Assembly (NCBI GenBank): GCA_043738625.1
Contig: JAYUFR010000221.1
Coordinates: 2,326-66,325 of the forward strand
Reading direction: 5' to 3'
Length of the DNA: 64,000 bases
DNA from: Sterolibacteriaceae bacterium
GTDB lineage: Bacteria > Pseudomonadota > Gammaproteobacteria > Burkholderiales > Rhodocyclaceae
A program made the position numbers and the translations under genes. Shown piece by piece: positions 24,759-33,903 of this stretch. Under the pieces are notes generated by a model, which made no database searches, was not told the DNA's origin, and saw only the letters and a program-made list of their open reading frames with translations. The number at the start of each line of letters is the position of its first letter. Positions within the stretch are counted from its first letter, which is position 1.

Positions 24759-25715
24759 TTATAAATCGAGCACTAGCCGGGAACTCAAGGAACGTGAAAC
24801 ACAGATCATCATGGATCGGCTCTCAGTACGCTCATCTTCGCTGAGCACTGAGTCCCGGTGATCGGGGCTACCTTCCATCACAGTCGTTTCGCAGCTACCG
24901 CAGGTACCCCCGCGGCAGCTGCACACAATCTCGATGCCGGCGGCTTGGACGACGTCAATGATCGACTGATCCGGCCTTACTGTTAAAGTTAATCCACTAC
25001 GCTGAAGGTGCACTTCAAATTCCATGCTGTTCAAAGACGCCTCGAGCGGTTTGGCTGCAAATCTTTCGAGCCGTAGCGCGCCAGCCGGCCAAATAGCGCA
25101 GCAGATTTCCATAGCCGCCAGCAATGGCTCTGGCCCGCAACAATACACGAGAATATCCTCACGCGGCGGCCCTAAAAAAGCGGCAAGTTCGATTAGGCCC
25201 GTCTCGTCCTGAGGCCAAACGCAAACGCGATCGCCGTAACTAGCAAGCTCATCCAGGAAAGCCATAGAGTCCCTCGTGCGCCCGCCATACACCAACTTCC
25301 AGTCGGCCCGAGTGGCCTGCGCTGCGCGCAGCATCGGCAGAATCGGCGTGATACCGATGCCACCGGCAACAAAGAGGTATTGAGGAGACGGTGTCAAAAT
25401 GAAATGGTTGCGCGGCCCCAAAGCACGTATCTTGGAACCGACGTTGAGTTTCTCGTGAATGTAGACGCTTCCGCCACTCCCTGCGGGGTCTAAAAGAACG
25501 CCGACGCGCCATAGACTCCGATCCGCCGGATCACCGCACAGCGAATACTGGCGCACGAGCTGATCGCTAACCAGCAAATCGATGTGTGCTCCGGCCGTCC
25601 ATTCTGGTAGCGCGCGGCCATTGACCTCCTGCAAATCAAATACGGCAACGCCTAAGGAAGCATCCTTACGCGCCACTACCAGAAGGTCGATTGGCTCTTC
25701 ACGCACGGCGGACAT
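24759..25715 (-). CDS. PDR/VanB family oxidoreductase (flavin + NAD(P)H domain with C-terminal plant-type 2Fe-2S ferredoxin)
   Basis: Flavin motif RQYSLCG, NAD-binding motif FVAGGIGITPILPML, and C-terminal cluster motif CSCRGGTCGSCETTV. Confidence 0.88.
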   Translation of the reverse strand: MSAVREEPIDLLVVARKDASLGVAVFDLQEVNGRALPEWTAGAHIDLLVSDQLVRQYSLCGDPADRSLWRVGVLLDPAGSGGSVYIHEKLNVGSKIRALGPRNHFILTPSPQYLFVAGGIGITPILPMLRAAQATRADWKLVYGGRTRDSMAFLDELASYGDRVCVWPQDETGLIELAAFLGPPREDILVYCCGPEPLLAAMEICCAIWPAGALRLERFAAKPLEASLNSMEFEVHLQRSGLTLTVRPDQSIIDVVQAAGIEIVCSCRGGTCGSCETTVMEGSPDHRDSVLSEDERTESRSMMICVSRSLSSRLVLDL

Positions 25716-27000
25716 GGTTACGCGAATATTCTTCTGTAAGCAGCCGCCGATAGCGACGTGGATCGAGTTCGAGTCCGTAGCGCGGCGAATCCGGGAATTG
25801 AATTTGCGACCATTCTCGTTCTCGAAGCATCGCCCTACGCATATCGGCCTCGGAGCGGCGCTTCACGGCCCCGGTCACCAACGCGGCGATGTATTCTGCT
25901 TGATCATCCATCATCCGAATATTGCTGCCTCCGGTCGCGTCAAAAAAACCTATGAAGTAAAGTCCGTCGAGGCTGGGATGCACAACACGATTATAAAGGT
26001 TGAGGTGGGTGCTGCCGCTTTCGATCGGTGAGGTGTCATCCTGTAAAAACGGCAGCGCCGTAGTGTATCCCGTGGCTGCGATGATGCAGTCGAAATCCTC
26101 AAGGGTCCCATCGGTGAAACGTACCTGTCTGCCAATAACGCTTACAATTCCCGGTTTGACCTTGATACGCCGCCACGCGATATGCGAGATCAGCGTGGGA
26201 TGGCTGATAGGATGGGTGCGGCTCTTCGGAGTGCGAAACCCCCACTGCTCCATCTTGCCGTGGAAGACTCGGGTTAGCATCGTGCGAATCCACACTCGAA
26301 TCCGCCAGGGCATGAATGGCTGTTCGAGCTTCAGAAAAATACGTGAATTCGGCACGCCAAACATCATGCGGGGCATAATCAACACCGGCGATCGTGCGGA
26401 AAGAACCGTTTGCTCGGTAATCGTGCAGATATCAGCGGCAATATCGACGCCGCTATTTCCAGGCCCGATTACCAATACTCGTTTGTTCGCGTAGGGCGCG
26501 GGCACGCGGTAGGAATGCGCGTGAACATACTCGCCCTCGAAACCGTTGATCTGCGGTGGGTGACGCGGCGTGCTCTGGTGTCCGGTGGCAACCACCACTC
26601 CGTCAAAGAGCGAAGCTTCGCCGGAATCAAGCACCACGCGAAATACGCCAGCACGCGCTTCCACGTCCTTTACCCGGCATCTGAAGCGCACGCGGCGAGC
26701 CAGATCGAAATGCATTGCGTAGCGCTCCAAATAGCGGCTCATCTCGGCGTGATCGGGGTAAAGTGGCGCATCATCCGGAAACGGAAAATCGACAAAGGCG
26801 CTGACACGCGCTTCCGAATTGATGTGTAGCGACTTGTAGGCCGGGCTCATGCCGCTGTCGTTGTTGTAAACCCAAAGACCGCCGAGATGCGATCCGACTT
26901 CGAAAATCGTGACTTCGATGCCCTTTTGTGTGAGGTACTTTGCCGCGCAAAGCCCGCCGGCTCCCGCGCCAATGATTGCAAAATGTCGAGTCCGCCTCAT
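25699..27000 (-). CDS. flavin-containing monooxygenase (FMO-type NAD(P)/FAD-dependent oxidoreductase)
   Basis: FAIIGAGAGGL...GGLWVYNN, FMO-type fingerprint FEGEYVHAHSYR (FxGxxxHxxxY), and a second dinucleotide motif VIGPGNSGVDIA. Confidence 0.85.
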   Translation of the reverse strand: MRRTRHFAIIGAGAGGLCAAKYLTQKGIEVTIFEVGSHLGGLWVYNNDSGMSPAYKSLHINSEARVSAFVDFPFPDDAPLYPDHAEMSRYLERYAMHFDLARRVRFRCRVKDVEARAGVFRVVLDSGEASLFDGVVVATGHQSTPRHPPQINGFEGEYVHAHSYRVPAPYANKRVLVIGPGNSGVDIAADICTITEQTVLSARSPVLIMPRMMFGVPNSRIFLKLEQPFMPWRIRVWIRTMLTRVFHGKMEQWGFRTPKSRTHPISHPTLISHIAWRRIKVKPGIVSVIGRQVRFTDGTLEDFDCIIAATGYTTALPFLQDDTSPIESGSTHLNLYNRVVHPSLDGLYFIGFFDATGGSNIRMMDDQAEYIAALVTGAVKRRSEADMRRAMLREREWSQIQFPDSPRYGLELDPRRYRRLLTEEYSRNHVRRA

Positions 27001-27917
27001 AGCTTGCTCGTCAGCCAGTTACAGGCCGCTTCCAGTGCTTCATCGGAACGATCGATAACACCCACCCATGACATAAAGCCATGGTTCATGTCGCCATACC
27101 GGATCAAGGTAGTATCGACACCCATAGCCGCGATCTTGGCCGCGAAAAATTCGCCCTCATCCCGTAAGGGGTCGTACTCTGCCGTCATCACGTAGGTCGC
27201 CGGCAAATTTCCGAAATGGATCGCACGCAGCGGAGAGACGTAAGGGCTGGCAGCCTCAGACTTATCGTTAAGATAATGATCCCAGAAATATCTCATGGCG
27301 TCCGCGGTCAACCCGTAGCCGCTGCCACGCTCGCGATAAGAAGGCGGGCCTGGATCAGGATAGTCCGTGACGGGATACATCAGGATCTGCGCTTTCGGCG
27401 GTAATCCACCCGTATCGCGAATGCGCATTGCGGTGACAATCGCCATCGTGCCACCGGCACTGTCGCCGGCGAGCACATGACGCTGTGGATCTCCACCGAA
27501 ACTTGCGGCCATCTTCGTGACCCAATGCGCGGCCGCAAAACAATCATCAATCCCAGCCGGATATTTGTTCTCCGGTGCCAGCGCGTAATCCACCGAGACG
27601 ACAACCGCCTGGGCGCGCACGCAGATTTGCCGGCAGAGACCATCGTGCGTGTCGATACTGCAAATGACAAAGCCGCTGCCGTGAAAAAACGTCACCACTG
27701 GACGCCCGCATTCCATGTCCGGACGGTATATTCGAATCCTGATCTCGCCACGGGGCCCCGGAATCATTCGGTCCTCGACCTTGGCAACCGACGGCCGCGG
27801 CACCGAGGCGTAACGCGCAAGATCGGTGGCGCGGATCTGGGTTGGCGTAAAGGACTGCAGCGGCGGCCACGCCGAGCTCTTATCGAGCATGCCTTGAATG
27901 ATTGGGTGCAGCGGCAT
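26997..27917 (-). CDS. alpha/beta hydrolase, HSL-family esterase/lipase
   Basis: Oxyanion box VTFFHGSGFV, nucleophile GDSAGG, and C-terminal DPLRDEG...HGF. Lies immediately downstream of a BVMO gene. Confidence 0.88.
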   Translation of the reverse strand: MPLHPIIQGMLDKSSAWPPLQSFTPTQIRATDLARYASVPRPSVAKVEDRMIPGPRGEIRIRIYRPDMECGRPVVTFFHGSGFVICSIDTHDGLCRQICVRAQAVVVSVDYALAPENKYPAGIDDCFAAAHWVTKMAASFGGDPQRHVLAGDSAGGTMAIVTAMRIRDTGGLPPKAQILMYPVTDYPDPGPPSYRERGSGYGLTADAMRYFWDHYLNDKSEAASPYVSPLRAIHFGNLPATYVMTAEYDPLRDEGEFFAAKIAAMGVDTTLIRYGDMNHGFMSWVGVIDRSDEALEAACNWLTSKL

Positions 27918-27923
27918 ATCTTT

Positions 27924-29603
27924 TTACCCTCCCGTCATAGCCGGCGAGCGGCCGGCAGATCCGGCAATCTCAAACCCAGAATACCCAGCCGCAGCAACTT
28001 CATCACAGATTTTGCGGTAGCGGCCAATGCCGCCGACAAAGGGTAGAAAGACTCGGGGCTTGCCCGGAATGTTGGCACCAATGTACCAAGAGTTTGCTCT
28101 TGGAAAAAGCGTGAGATCCGCCTCGTCGTTGACATACTGGACCCAATCGTCTTCAGACATTTTGACGGGCTCGATAGTGGCAGCATCCTTCGCGCGCAGA
28201 TGCAAAATGCAATTCGCAATCCAATCGACGTGTTGCTCGATGCCAATCACCATGTTGACGAGAACAGATGGGCTGCCAGGACCTGTGATGATAAAGAAAT
28301 TCGGAAAACCTGCACTCATCAGCCCGAGATAATTTCGGGGTCCGGCGGACCATTTGTCCTTAAGCTTGGCTCCGCCTCGACCCTGTATATCGATGCGGGT
28401 GAGCGCACCCGTTAATGCGTCGTAACCGGTCGCACAAACGATCGCGTCGCAGTTGAAGGACTCGGTCGTGGTGCGAATCTCATGGCCCGCGACCTGCACG
28501 ATCGGAGTGTCGCGCAAATCGACCAGAGTGACATTCGCACGGTTGTAAGTTTCATAATAGTCGGATCCTACACAAATTCGCTTCGCGCCAAGCGGATGGT
28601 CCTTGGGACAGAGTCGCGTCGCAACCAGCGGGTCGGCAACAATCTCGTGGATCCGCGCGCGAACAAAATCGGCCGCCGTGTCGTTTGCCGCCAGATCGAG
28701 ATAGATATCCTTAAACGCATGGGTAAAATTAACACCGCCATCCCGCCAGCGCCGCCGAAATTCCGCTTCACGCTCTTGCGCGGATACCTCCATAGCTTTC
28801 TTATCACTAAACTCGTAAAAGGTACCGATATATTTGGCGCGCTCGCGTAATTCTGGGTAATTTTTCTTCCAAGCGGCAATTGTATTTTCATCAAGCGAGC
28901 AGTTGCGCGCTGGGACGACGAAATTAGGCGTGCGCTGGAAGACGACAACGTGCTGCGCCTGTTCGGCAATCAGCGGGATGGACTGTACGCCGGACGACCC
29001 GGTGCCGACCACCGCCACTTTTTTTTGTGCGAAATCCACGCCCGCATGCGGCCATTCACCGGTGTGATAGATTTCTCCCGCGAAACTCTCAATCCCAGGA
29101 AAGTCCGGCAGGCGACTTACCGAAAGCGAGCCGCTCGCCATGATGCAATGGCGAGCGAGAACGCGCTCGCCGCGATCGGTATGCACCTCCCAAAGTTGCA
29201 CTGTCTCGTCGAAGATTGCCGAAACCACGCGCGTACTAAAAGAAATATTCCGCCGCAGCTCGAAGCGATCGGCAACATGCTGTAGGTAGGATAAGATTTC
29301 CGGCTGCGTCGCGAATCGCTCGCTCCAATGCCACTCCTGCTGTAACAGATTCGAGAATGAGTATGAGTATTCCATGCTCACCACATCGCACCGCGCCCCC
29401 GGATAACGATTCCAATACCAGACGCCACCCACGTCGTCCGCCGCCTCGTAAACATGCGCCTCCACACCTATTTCGCGCAGTCGGAACAGCATATAAAGGC
29501 CGGCAAATCCGGCACCGACGATCACCGCCTCTACTCGCCGGGGAGAACCTTTAGAATCTGAGTAGTTCATTGAATGCACGTTGCCTCTCGCCTCCTCACT
29601 CAT
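27924..29603 (-). CDS. Baeyer-Villiger monooxygenase (type I)
   Basis: VIVGAGFAGL...GGVWYWNRYPGARCDVVS, fingerprint FAGEIYHTGEWPH, and VVGTGSSGVQ. Clearly paralogous to 16419..18032. Confidence 0.92.
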   Translation of the reverse strand: MSEEARGNVHSMNYSDSKGSPRRVEAVIVGAGFAGLYMLFRLREIGVEAHVYEAADDVGGVWYWNRYPGARCDVVSMEYSYSFSNLLQQEWHWSERFATQPEILSYLQHVADRFELRRNISFSTRVVSAIFDETVQLWEVHTDRGERVLARHCIMASGSLSVSRLPDFPGIESFAGEIYHTGEWPHAGVDFAQKKVAVVGTGSSGVQSIPLIAEQAQHVVVFQRTPNFVVPARNCSLDENTIAAWKKNYPELRERAKYIGTFYEFSDKKAMEVSAQEREAEFRRRWRDGGVNFTHAFKDIYLDLAANDTAADFVRARIHEIVADPLVATRLCPKDHPLGAKRICVGSDYYETYNRANVTLVDLRDTPIVQVAGHEIRTTTESFNCDAIVCATGYDALTGALTRIDIQGRGGAKLKDKWSAGPRNYLGLMSAGFPNFFIITGPGSPSVLVNMVIGIEQHVDWIANCILHLRAKDAATIEPVKMSEDDWVQYVNDEADLTLFPRANSWYIGANIPGKPRVFLPFVGGIGRYRKICDEVAAAGYSGFEIAGSAGRSPAMTGG

Positions 29604-30706
29604 GGTACTGGAGGCGGTTCGCTTGAATTTAGGTCCGCCATTGGCACGCGAAAACGCGCTGCCTGTCCATCGAACATCGCCGGGAACAGCGCTTGAAAAT
29701 CGCCATTATGGGGGCGCACGAGTCCGCGCCGCTTGACCTGAGTCGATGTCAAGGCCTCGCCTAAATCGAGCACCGGCGATAGACAGCAATCAACGCTGTG
29801 GAACCGCTCCATTACGCGATCAAACGCCATACTGCCAAAGAATGCGGCAAGTTCTGCGATCAGTAAGGTCTGCGGGAGGGGATCGTTTTGCCTTGCGACC
29901 CAGCGATGTTCACCTGCGGCGCTGCAAAAGTTGCGCCAAAATTTCGGCTCGATTGATCCGAGCATGATATGCCGACCATCGGCGGTTGCGTAAACCTGGT
30001 AATAGGCTGCGCCACCATTGAGATATCCGGATTGCCGTTTTGGAATAGTGCCGTTGGACGCCCACTCGGCGATTTGCAGCAACTGTAAAGGCATCAATGC
30101 ATCGGCTAAACCGAGATCGATGTGAACTCCGCGCTCTGAAGTATTTCGGCCATGTAACGCCCCTAAGATTGCGACGGTCGCGAATAAAGCGCCGGTCATA
30201 TCCGCAATTGGCGGATCGAAGAAGGTCGGCGCATCGCTGCCGTTGCGATCCATTATTCCGCTGGTTGCGAGATAATTACCATCATGCGCGGCGGCTGTCG
30301 CCAAAGGCCCATTCGTGCCGTAACCGCTCATCGAACAATAAATCAGCTTAAGGTTTCGCGCGTGTAAGGTCTCATAGTCGAACCCCAGGCGCTGCATTAC
30401 ACCGGGACGGAATCCTTCAATCAGTATGTCGGCGGTGTCGACATACTCAAGCAGCGTTTGTCTTCCTAAATCAGTCTTCAGATCCAGCCGCAGTATGGTT
30501 TTTTGAGCATTTAATGCACCGTAGAAGACCGGCTGTCCCGCACCATTGCGGGGTCCAAGCGTGCGCATTGCATCGCCACCTGGCGGCTCGATCTTGAGCA
30601 CTTCTGCGCCCATATCAGCCAGCAACAGGCTGGCAAAAGGGCCCGGGATGTACTGCGATAAATCGAGCACTTTCACACCGGCCAAGAAGGTTTGAAGCCT
30701 AGTCAT
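29600..30706 (-). CDS. CoA transferase (family III, CaiB/BaiF-like)
   Basis: LAGVKVLDLSQYIPGPFASLLLADMGAEVLKIEPPGGD is the family III N-terminal signature. I prefer the start at M65 of the track ORF (MTRLQTF, 30706), 10 nt after the upstream SDR stop. Confidence 0.85.
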   Translation of the reverse strand: MTRLQTFLAGVKVLDLSQYIPGPFASLLLADMGAEVLKIEPPGGDAMRTLGPRNGAGQPVFYGALNAQKTILRLDLKTDLGRQTLLEYVDTADILIEGFRPGVMQRLGFDYETLHARNLKLIYCSMSGYGTNGPLATAAAHDGNYLATSGIMDRNGSDAPTFFDPPIADMTGALFATVAILGALHGRNTSERGVHIDLGLADALMPLQLLQIAEWASNGTIPKRQSGYLNGGAAYYQVYATADGRHIMLGSIEPKFWRNFCSAAGEHRWVARQNDPLPQTLLIAELAAFFGSMAFDRVMERFHSVDCCLSPVLDLGEALTSTQVKRRGLVRPHNGDFQALFPAMFDGQAARFRVPMADLNSSEPPPVP

Positions 30707-30716
30707 TGCGGTTGCA

Positions 30717-31457
30717 CTAGGTACACCATCCGCCATCAACGATATGGCACTGCCCGGTTGTAAAAGCCGATTCATCGCTCGCCAAATATAGCGCAAGCTC
30801 GGCGATCTCCGCTGCCTTGCCGAGCCGCCCCATCGGCTGTCGGGCAATCCAAGCCGCACGGGCATTCTCATAATTTCCGGTTGCGTGCATACGCTCAACG
30901 AGCGACGGTGTCTCTACCGTTCCCGGACAAATCGCATTACAGCGAATGCCCTTCGCGACGAAATCAGTAGCGATGGCCTTGGTCAGTCCGATCACAGCGC
31001 CCTTGGTGGTGCCATAGGCGAAGCGGTTGGGAACGCCGCGTAGCGAACTTGCGACTGAGGACATCGTGATGATTGAACCGCGTCCTCGTTCGAGCATGCG
31101 CGGAAGCAGCGCGCGGATCATTCGGTACATGGCGGTAACGTTTAAATCGAACGAGCGACACCAGTCCAATTCCTGACATTCAAGGATATTTCCGCTTGCC
31201 ACGTAGCCGGCGCAAAGAAACAGGACGTCGACATTCCCTGCATCACGAGCGAACGCCGCGATCGCTCCAGCATTGGTCAGGTCGAGCACGCGCGTCTCGC
31301 AGCCACAGCTTTCCTGTAGCTCGGCCAGTGCCTGCGCATCGATATCGAGCGCCACTACTCGGGCACCCTCCGCCGTGAAGCGCTCGACGCTGGCCCGACC
31401 GATTCCCTGCGCGCCGGCCGTGACAATCGCGCGCATACCCGCGAGGCGACTAGTCAT
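30717..31457 (-). CDS. SDR family oxidoreductase
   Basis: AIVTAGAQGIGRA, a YGTTKGA (YxxxK) motif, and a typical SDR length of 246 aa. Confidence 0.88.
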   Translation of the reverse strand: MTSRLAGMRAIVTAGAQGIGRASVERFTAEGARVVALDIDAQALAELQESCGCETRVLDLTNAGAIAAFARDAGNVDVLFLCAGYVASGNILECQELDWCRSFDLNVTAMYRMIRALLPRMLERGRGSIITMSSVASSLRGVPNRFAYGTTKGAVIGLTKAIATDFVAKGIRCNAICPGTVETPSLVERMHATGNYENARAAWIARQPMGRLGKAAEIAELALYLASDESAFTTGQCHIVDGGWCT

Positions 31458-31557
31458 CGCTTCGCACCGCTGCGCTGCGGCAAACGGGTCGGGTGCATCG
31501 AATCATACCTTTTGCTTTTCAACCTGAACTCCGGGCGGTCAACAACCAGAGGCTATT

Positions 31558-31575
31558 TTTAACATACCTGTTGAC
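31558..31575. promoter_or_regulatory. copy of the recurrent palindrome (TTTAACA-N4-TGTTGAC), with an extra GTCAACA half-site at 31538-31544
   Basis: The left half matches 5 of 7 and the right half 7 of 7. It lies in the divergent region between the SDR operon and the PQQ-ADH gene and overlaps the -35. Confidence 0.4.
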
Positions 31576-31600
31576 ACGAGCTCAGTAAATTTTCTACACT
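31571..31600 (+). promoter_or_regulatory. candidate sigma70-type promoter of the PQQ-ADH/ALDH genes
   Basis: TTGACA (31571-31576), an 18-nt spacer, then TACACT (31595-31600). This implies a ~225-nt leader before the ATG at 31832. Confidence 0.45.
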
Positions 31601-31831
31601 CATCCAGTAAAGTGATAGACGTAGTACCGGACCTTCGTAAAACAAGTCTAGTTAGAATACGCTGGGCAAGGATCAATTACATCGGTAGCTCCCCGGTTGT
31701 GTCCGGAGGTCGACTGGTGGTTGCAATGAGCATCATCATCCGGGCGTATTGTTTCTGATATTGTTTATAAAGTGACTTAAGGCGTCTGTAAGTTTGGGTT
31801 CGATTCAGCTCAACGACTTGGACAAGGTGTT

Positions 31832-33880
31832 ATGCGCAACGTCTGCCTCGTAGTCTTGCTTCTGCTCACTGGTCTTCCTAGCCTGCAAGCTGCCGAAAGT
31901 TCCCCGAACTGGTCGACCTCCGGCGGTACGAGTAGCGAACAGCGTTTCAGTCCACTGTCGTCGATTAACACTGAAACGGTTAAAAAACTAGGGCTCGCTT
32001 GGACCCATGAATTTGACAGCGCGCGCGGCATGGAGGCGACTCCGCTGGTGGTCGATGGCGTACTTTACACCACCACCGCGTGGTCCAAGGTGTACGCCTT
32101 CGACGCCGCCACTGGCAAGTCGTTGTGGAGCTATGATCCTAAAGTACCCGGCGAAACGGGTTTCAAGGCGTGTTGCGACGTGGTCAACCGCGGCGCGGCA
32201 TTTAACGAAGGCAAGCTGTATGTCGGGACCCTCGACGGTCGGCTGATCGCGCTCGACGCGAAGACCGGTAAACTGATTTGGTCCGTCGTCACGGTCGATC
32301 AGAGCAAACCCTACACTATCACCGGCGCGCCGCGCATAGCGAAAGGACGCGTACTGATCGGCAATGGCGGTGCCGAATATGGGGTCCGTGGTTATATCAG
32401 TGCGTATGATGCCGCGAGCGGCAAATTGGTATGGCGATTTTATACAGTACCGCCTGCAAGCGGTGCGCTGGCCGATGGCGCGGCCTCCGATTCCGTTATT
32501 CTCAAGGCGCGGGCAACCTGGTCCGGTGACTTTGGTAAATTAGGTGGCGGCGGTACGGTGTGGGATGCGATCACCTTTGACCCGGAAACTAACCTAGTTT
32601 TTTTTGGCACCGGCAATGGTACGCCGTGGGATGAAAACCTTCGCTCCCCAGGTGGCGGCGATAACCTTTTTCTGGCATCGATCATCGCAGTGAATGCCGA
32701 CACCGGCGAATACAAGTGGCATTACCAGACCACGCCAGGCGATGTCTGGGATTTCGATGCTGCTGAGAATTTAATGCTCGCGACGCTTACCATCAAGGGT
32801 GAGTTGCACAAAGTGCTCATGCAGGCTTCAAAGAATGGATTTTTCTACGTCATTGATCGCCTCGATGGCCGACTGCTAACGGCGCAGAATTTTGTGCCGC
32901 AAAACTGGACGAGCGGCATGGACTTTGCCACTGGGCGCCCCGTCGAAGTGCCGAAGGCGCGATATCAAGAAGGTGTATTTGTATCGGTGCCGTCCGGGCT
33001 CGGCGGTCACAGCTGGCAGCCGATGGCCTTCAGTCCAGTCACTGGCCTTGTGTATATTCCCGCGCAAGAAGTGCCACTGGCCTACGCCAGCATGCATCCT
33101 TTTACCGAAACACCGGGTGGATGGAATACCGGTGTCGATTGGTCCGCAAACGTTTTACCCGACGATACAGCGGGCTTGAAAAGCATTCGCAAGGTACTCA
33201 AAGGCCATCTCGCGGCATGGGATCCCGTCGCCCAGAAGGAGGTCTGGCGCGTAAACGAAGCGGGGCCCTGGAATGGCGGCGTGTTGGCAAGTGCTGGCGG
33301 ACTCGTCTTCGCAGGTAACGCAAAGGGCGAATTCACTGCGTATGCGGCCGACATTGGCACCAAGTTATGGTCTTTTGATACCGGTATAGGACTTATGGCG
33401 GCACCGGTAAGCTACGCGGTGAAAGGTCGCCAATTTGTGGCGATCATGGCTGGATACGGCGGCGGGTACGTCCAGAATAGTCCGTTTACCGAGAACGCGG
33501 GACCGCGGCCGAACGGACGGCTGATGGTGTTTGCACTGGACGCGAAAATCCCATATCAAATTAAGAAGACCGAAAATCCCCCTGCAGTCGTAGTCGCTGA
33601 TATCTGGTCGAAGGACGCGCATGATAGGGGCGCAACGATTTTCGCGAATACCTGTTCTCTATGCCATGGCGCGACCGCACGTTCGTCCGGCTTGATGCCT
33701 GATCTGCGCCGCTCGGGCCTGCTCTCGAGTAAAGACGCATGGCAATCAGTGGTAATCGGTGGCGCGCTAAAAAATCGTGGCATGATCGGCTTCAGTCAAT
33801 GGCTGAGCAAGGATGATGCCGAAGCGGTTCGCGCTTACGTGGCTGAAAGGGCCCGGCATCTTGCCGAACAAGGAAATTAA
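31832..33880 (+). CDS. PQQ-dependent alcohol dehydrogenase, quinohemoprotein type (C-terminal cytochrome c domain)
   Basis: Signal peptide, then the vicinal-cysteine motif FKACCDVVNRG typical of the PQQ methanol/ethanol family. Repeated W-containing propeller blades follow, with a C-terminal haem c site CSLCHG. Confidence 0.92.
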   Translation: MRNVCLVVLLLLTGLPSLQAAESSPNWSTSGGTSSEQRFSPLSSINTETVKKLGLAWTHEFDSARGMEATPLVVDGVLYTTTAWSKVYAFDAATGKSLWSYDPKVPGETGFKACCDVVNRGAAFNEGKLYVGTLDGRLIALDAKTGKLIWSVVTVDQSKPYTITGAPRIAKGRVLIGNGGAEYGVRGYISAYDAASGKLVWRFYTVPPASGALADGAASDSVILKARATWSGDFGKLGGGGTVWDAITFDPETNLVFFGTGNGTPWDENLRSPGGGDNLFLASIIAVNADTGEYKWHYQTTPGDVWDFDAAENLMLATLTIKGELHKVLMQASKNGFFYVIDRLDGRLLTAQNFVPQNWTSGMDFATGRPVEVPKARYQEGVFVSVPSGLGGHSWQPMAFSPVTGLVYIPAQEVPLAYASMHPFTETPGGWNTGVDWSANVLPDDTAGLKSIRKVLKGHLAAWDPVAQKEVWRVNEAGPWNGGVLASAGGLVFAGNAKGEFTAYAADIGTKLWSFDTGIGLMAAPVSYAVKGRQFVAIMAGYGGGYVQNSPFTENAGPRPNGRLMVFALDAKIPYQIKKTENPPAVVVADIWSKDAHDRGATIFANTCSLCHGATARSSGLMPDLRRSGLLSSKDAWQSVVIGGALKNRGMIGFSQWLSKDDAEAVRAYVAERARHLAEQGN

Positions 33881-33903
33881 CCGTATTTCTAGGAGAGTAT
33901 TCG

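Noticed and set aside
31769-31801. A ten-codon mini-ORF (MSIIIRAYCF) in the PQQ-ADH leader was considered as a leader peptide or attenuator.
   Set aside because: It has only a weak GGTGG upstream and no obvious alternative terminator or antiterminator hairpins. A random ORF of this size is expected. It is mentioned only inside the leader finding.
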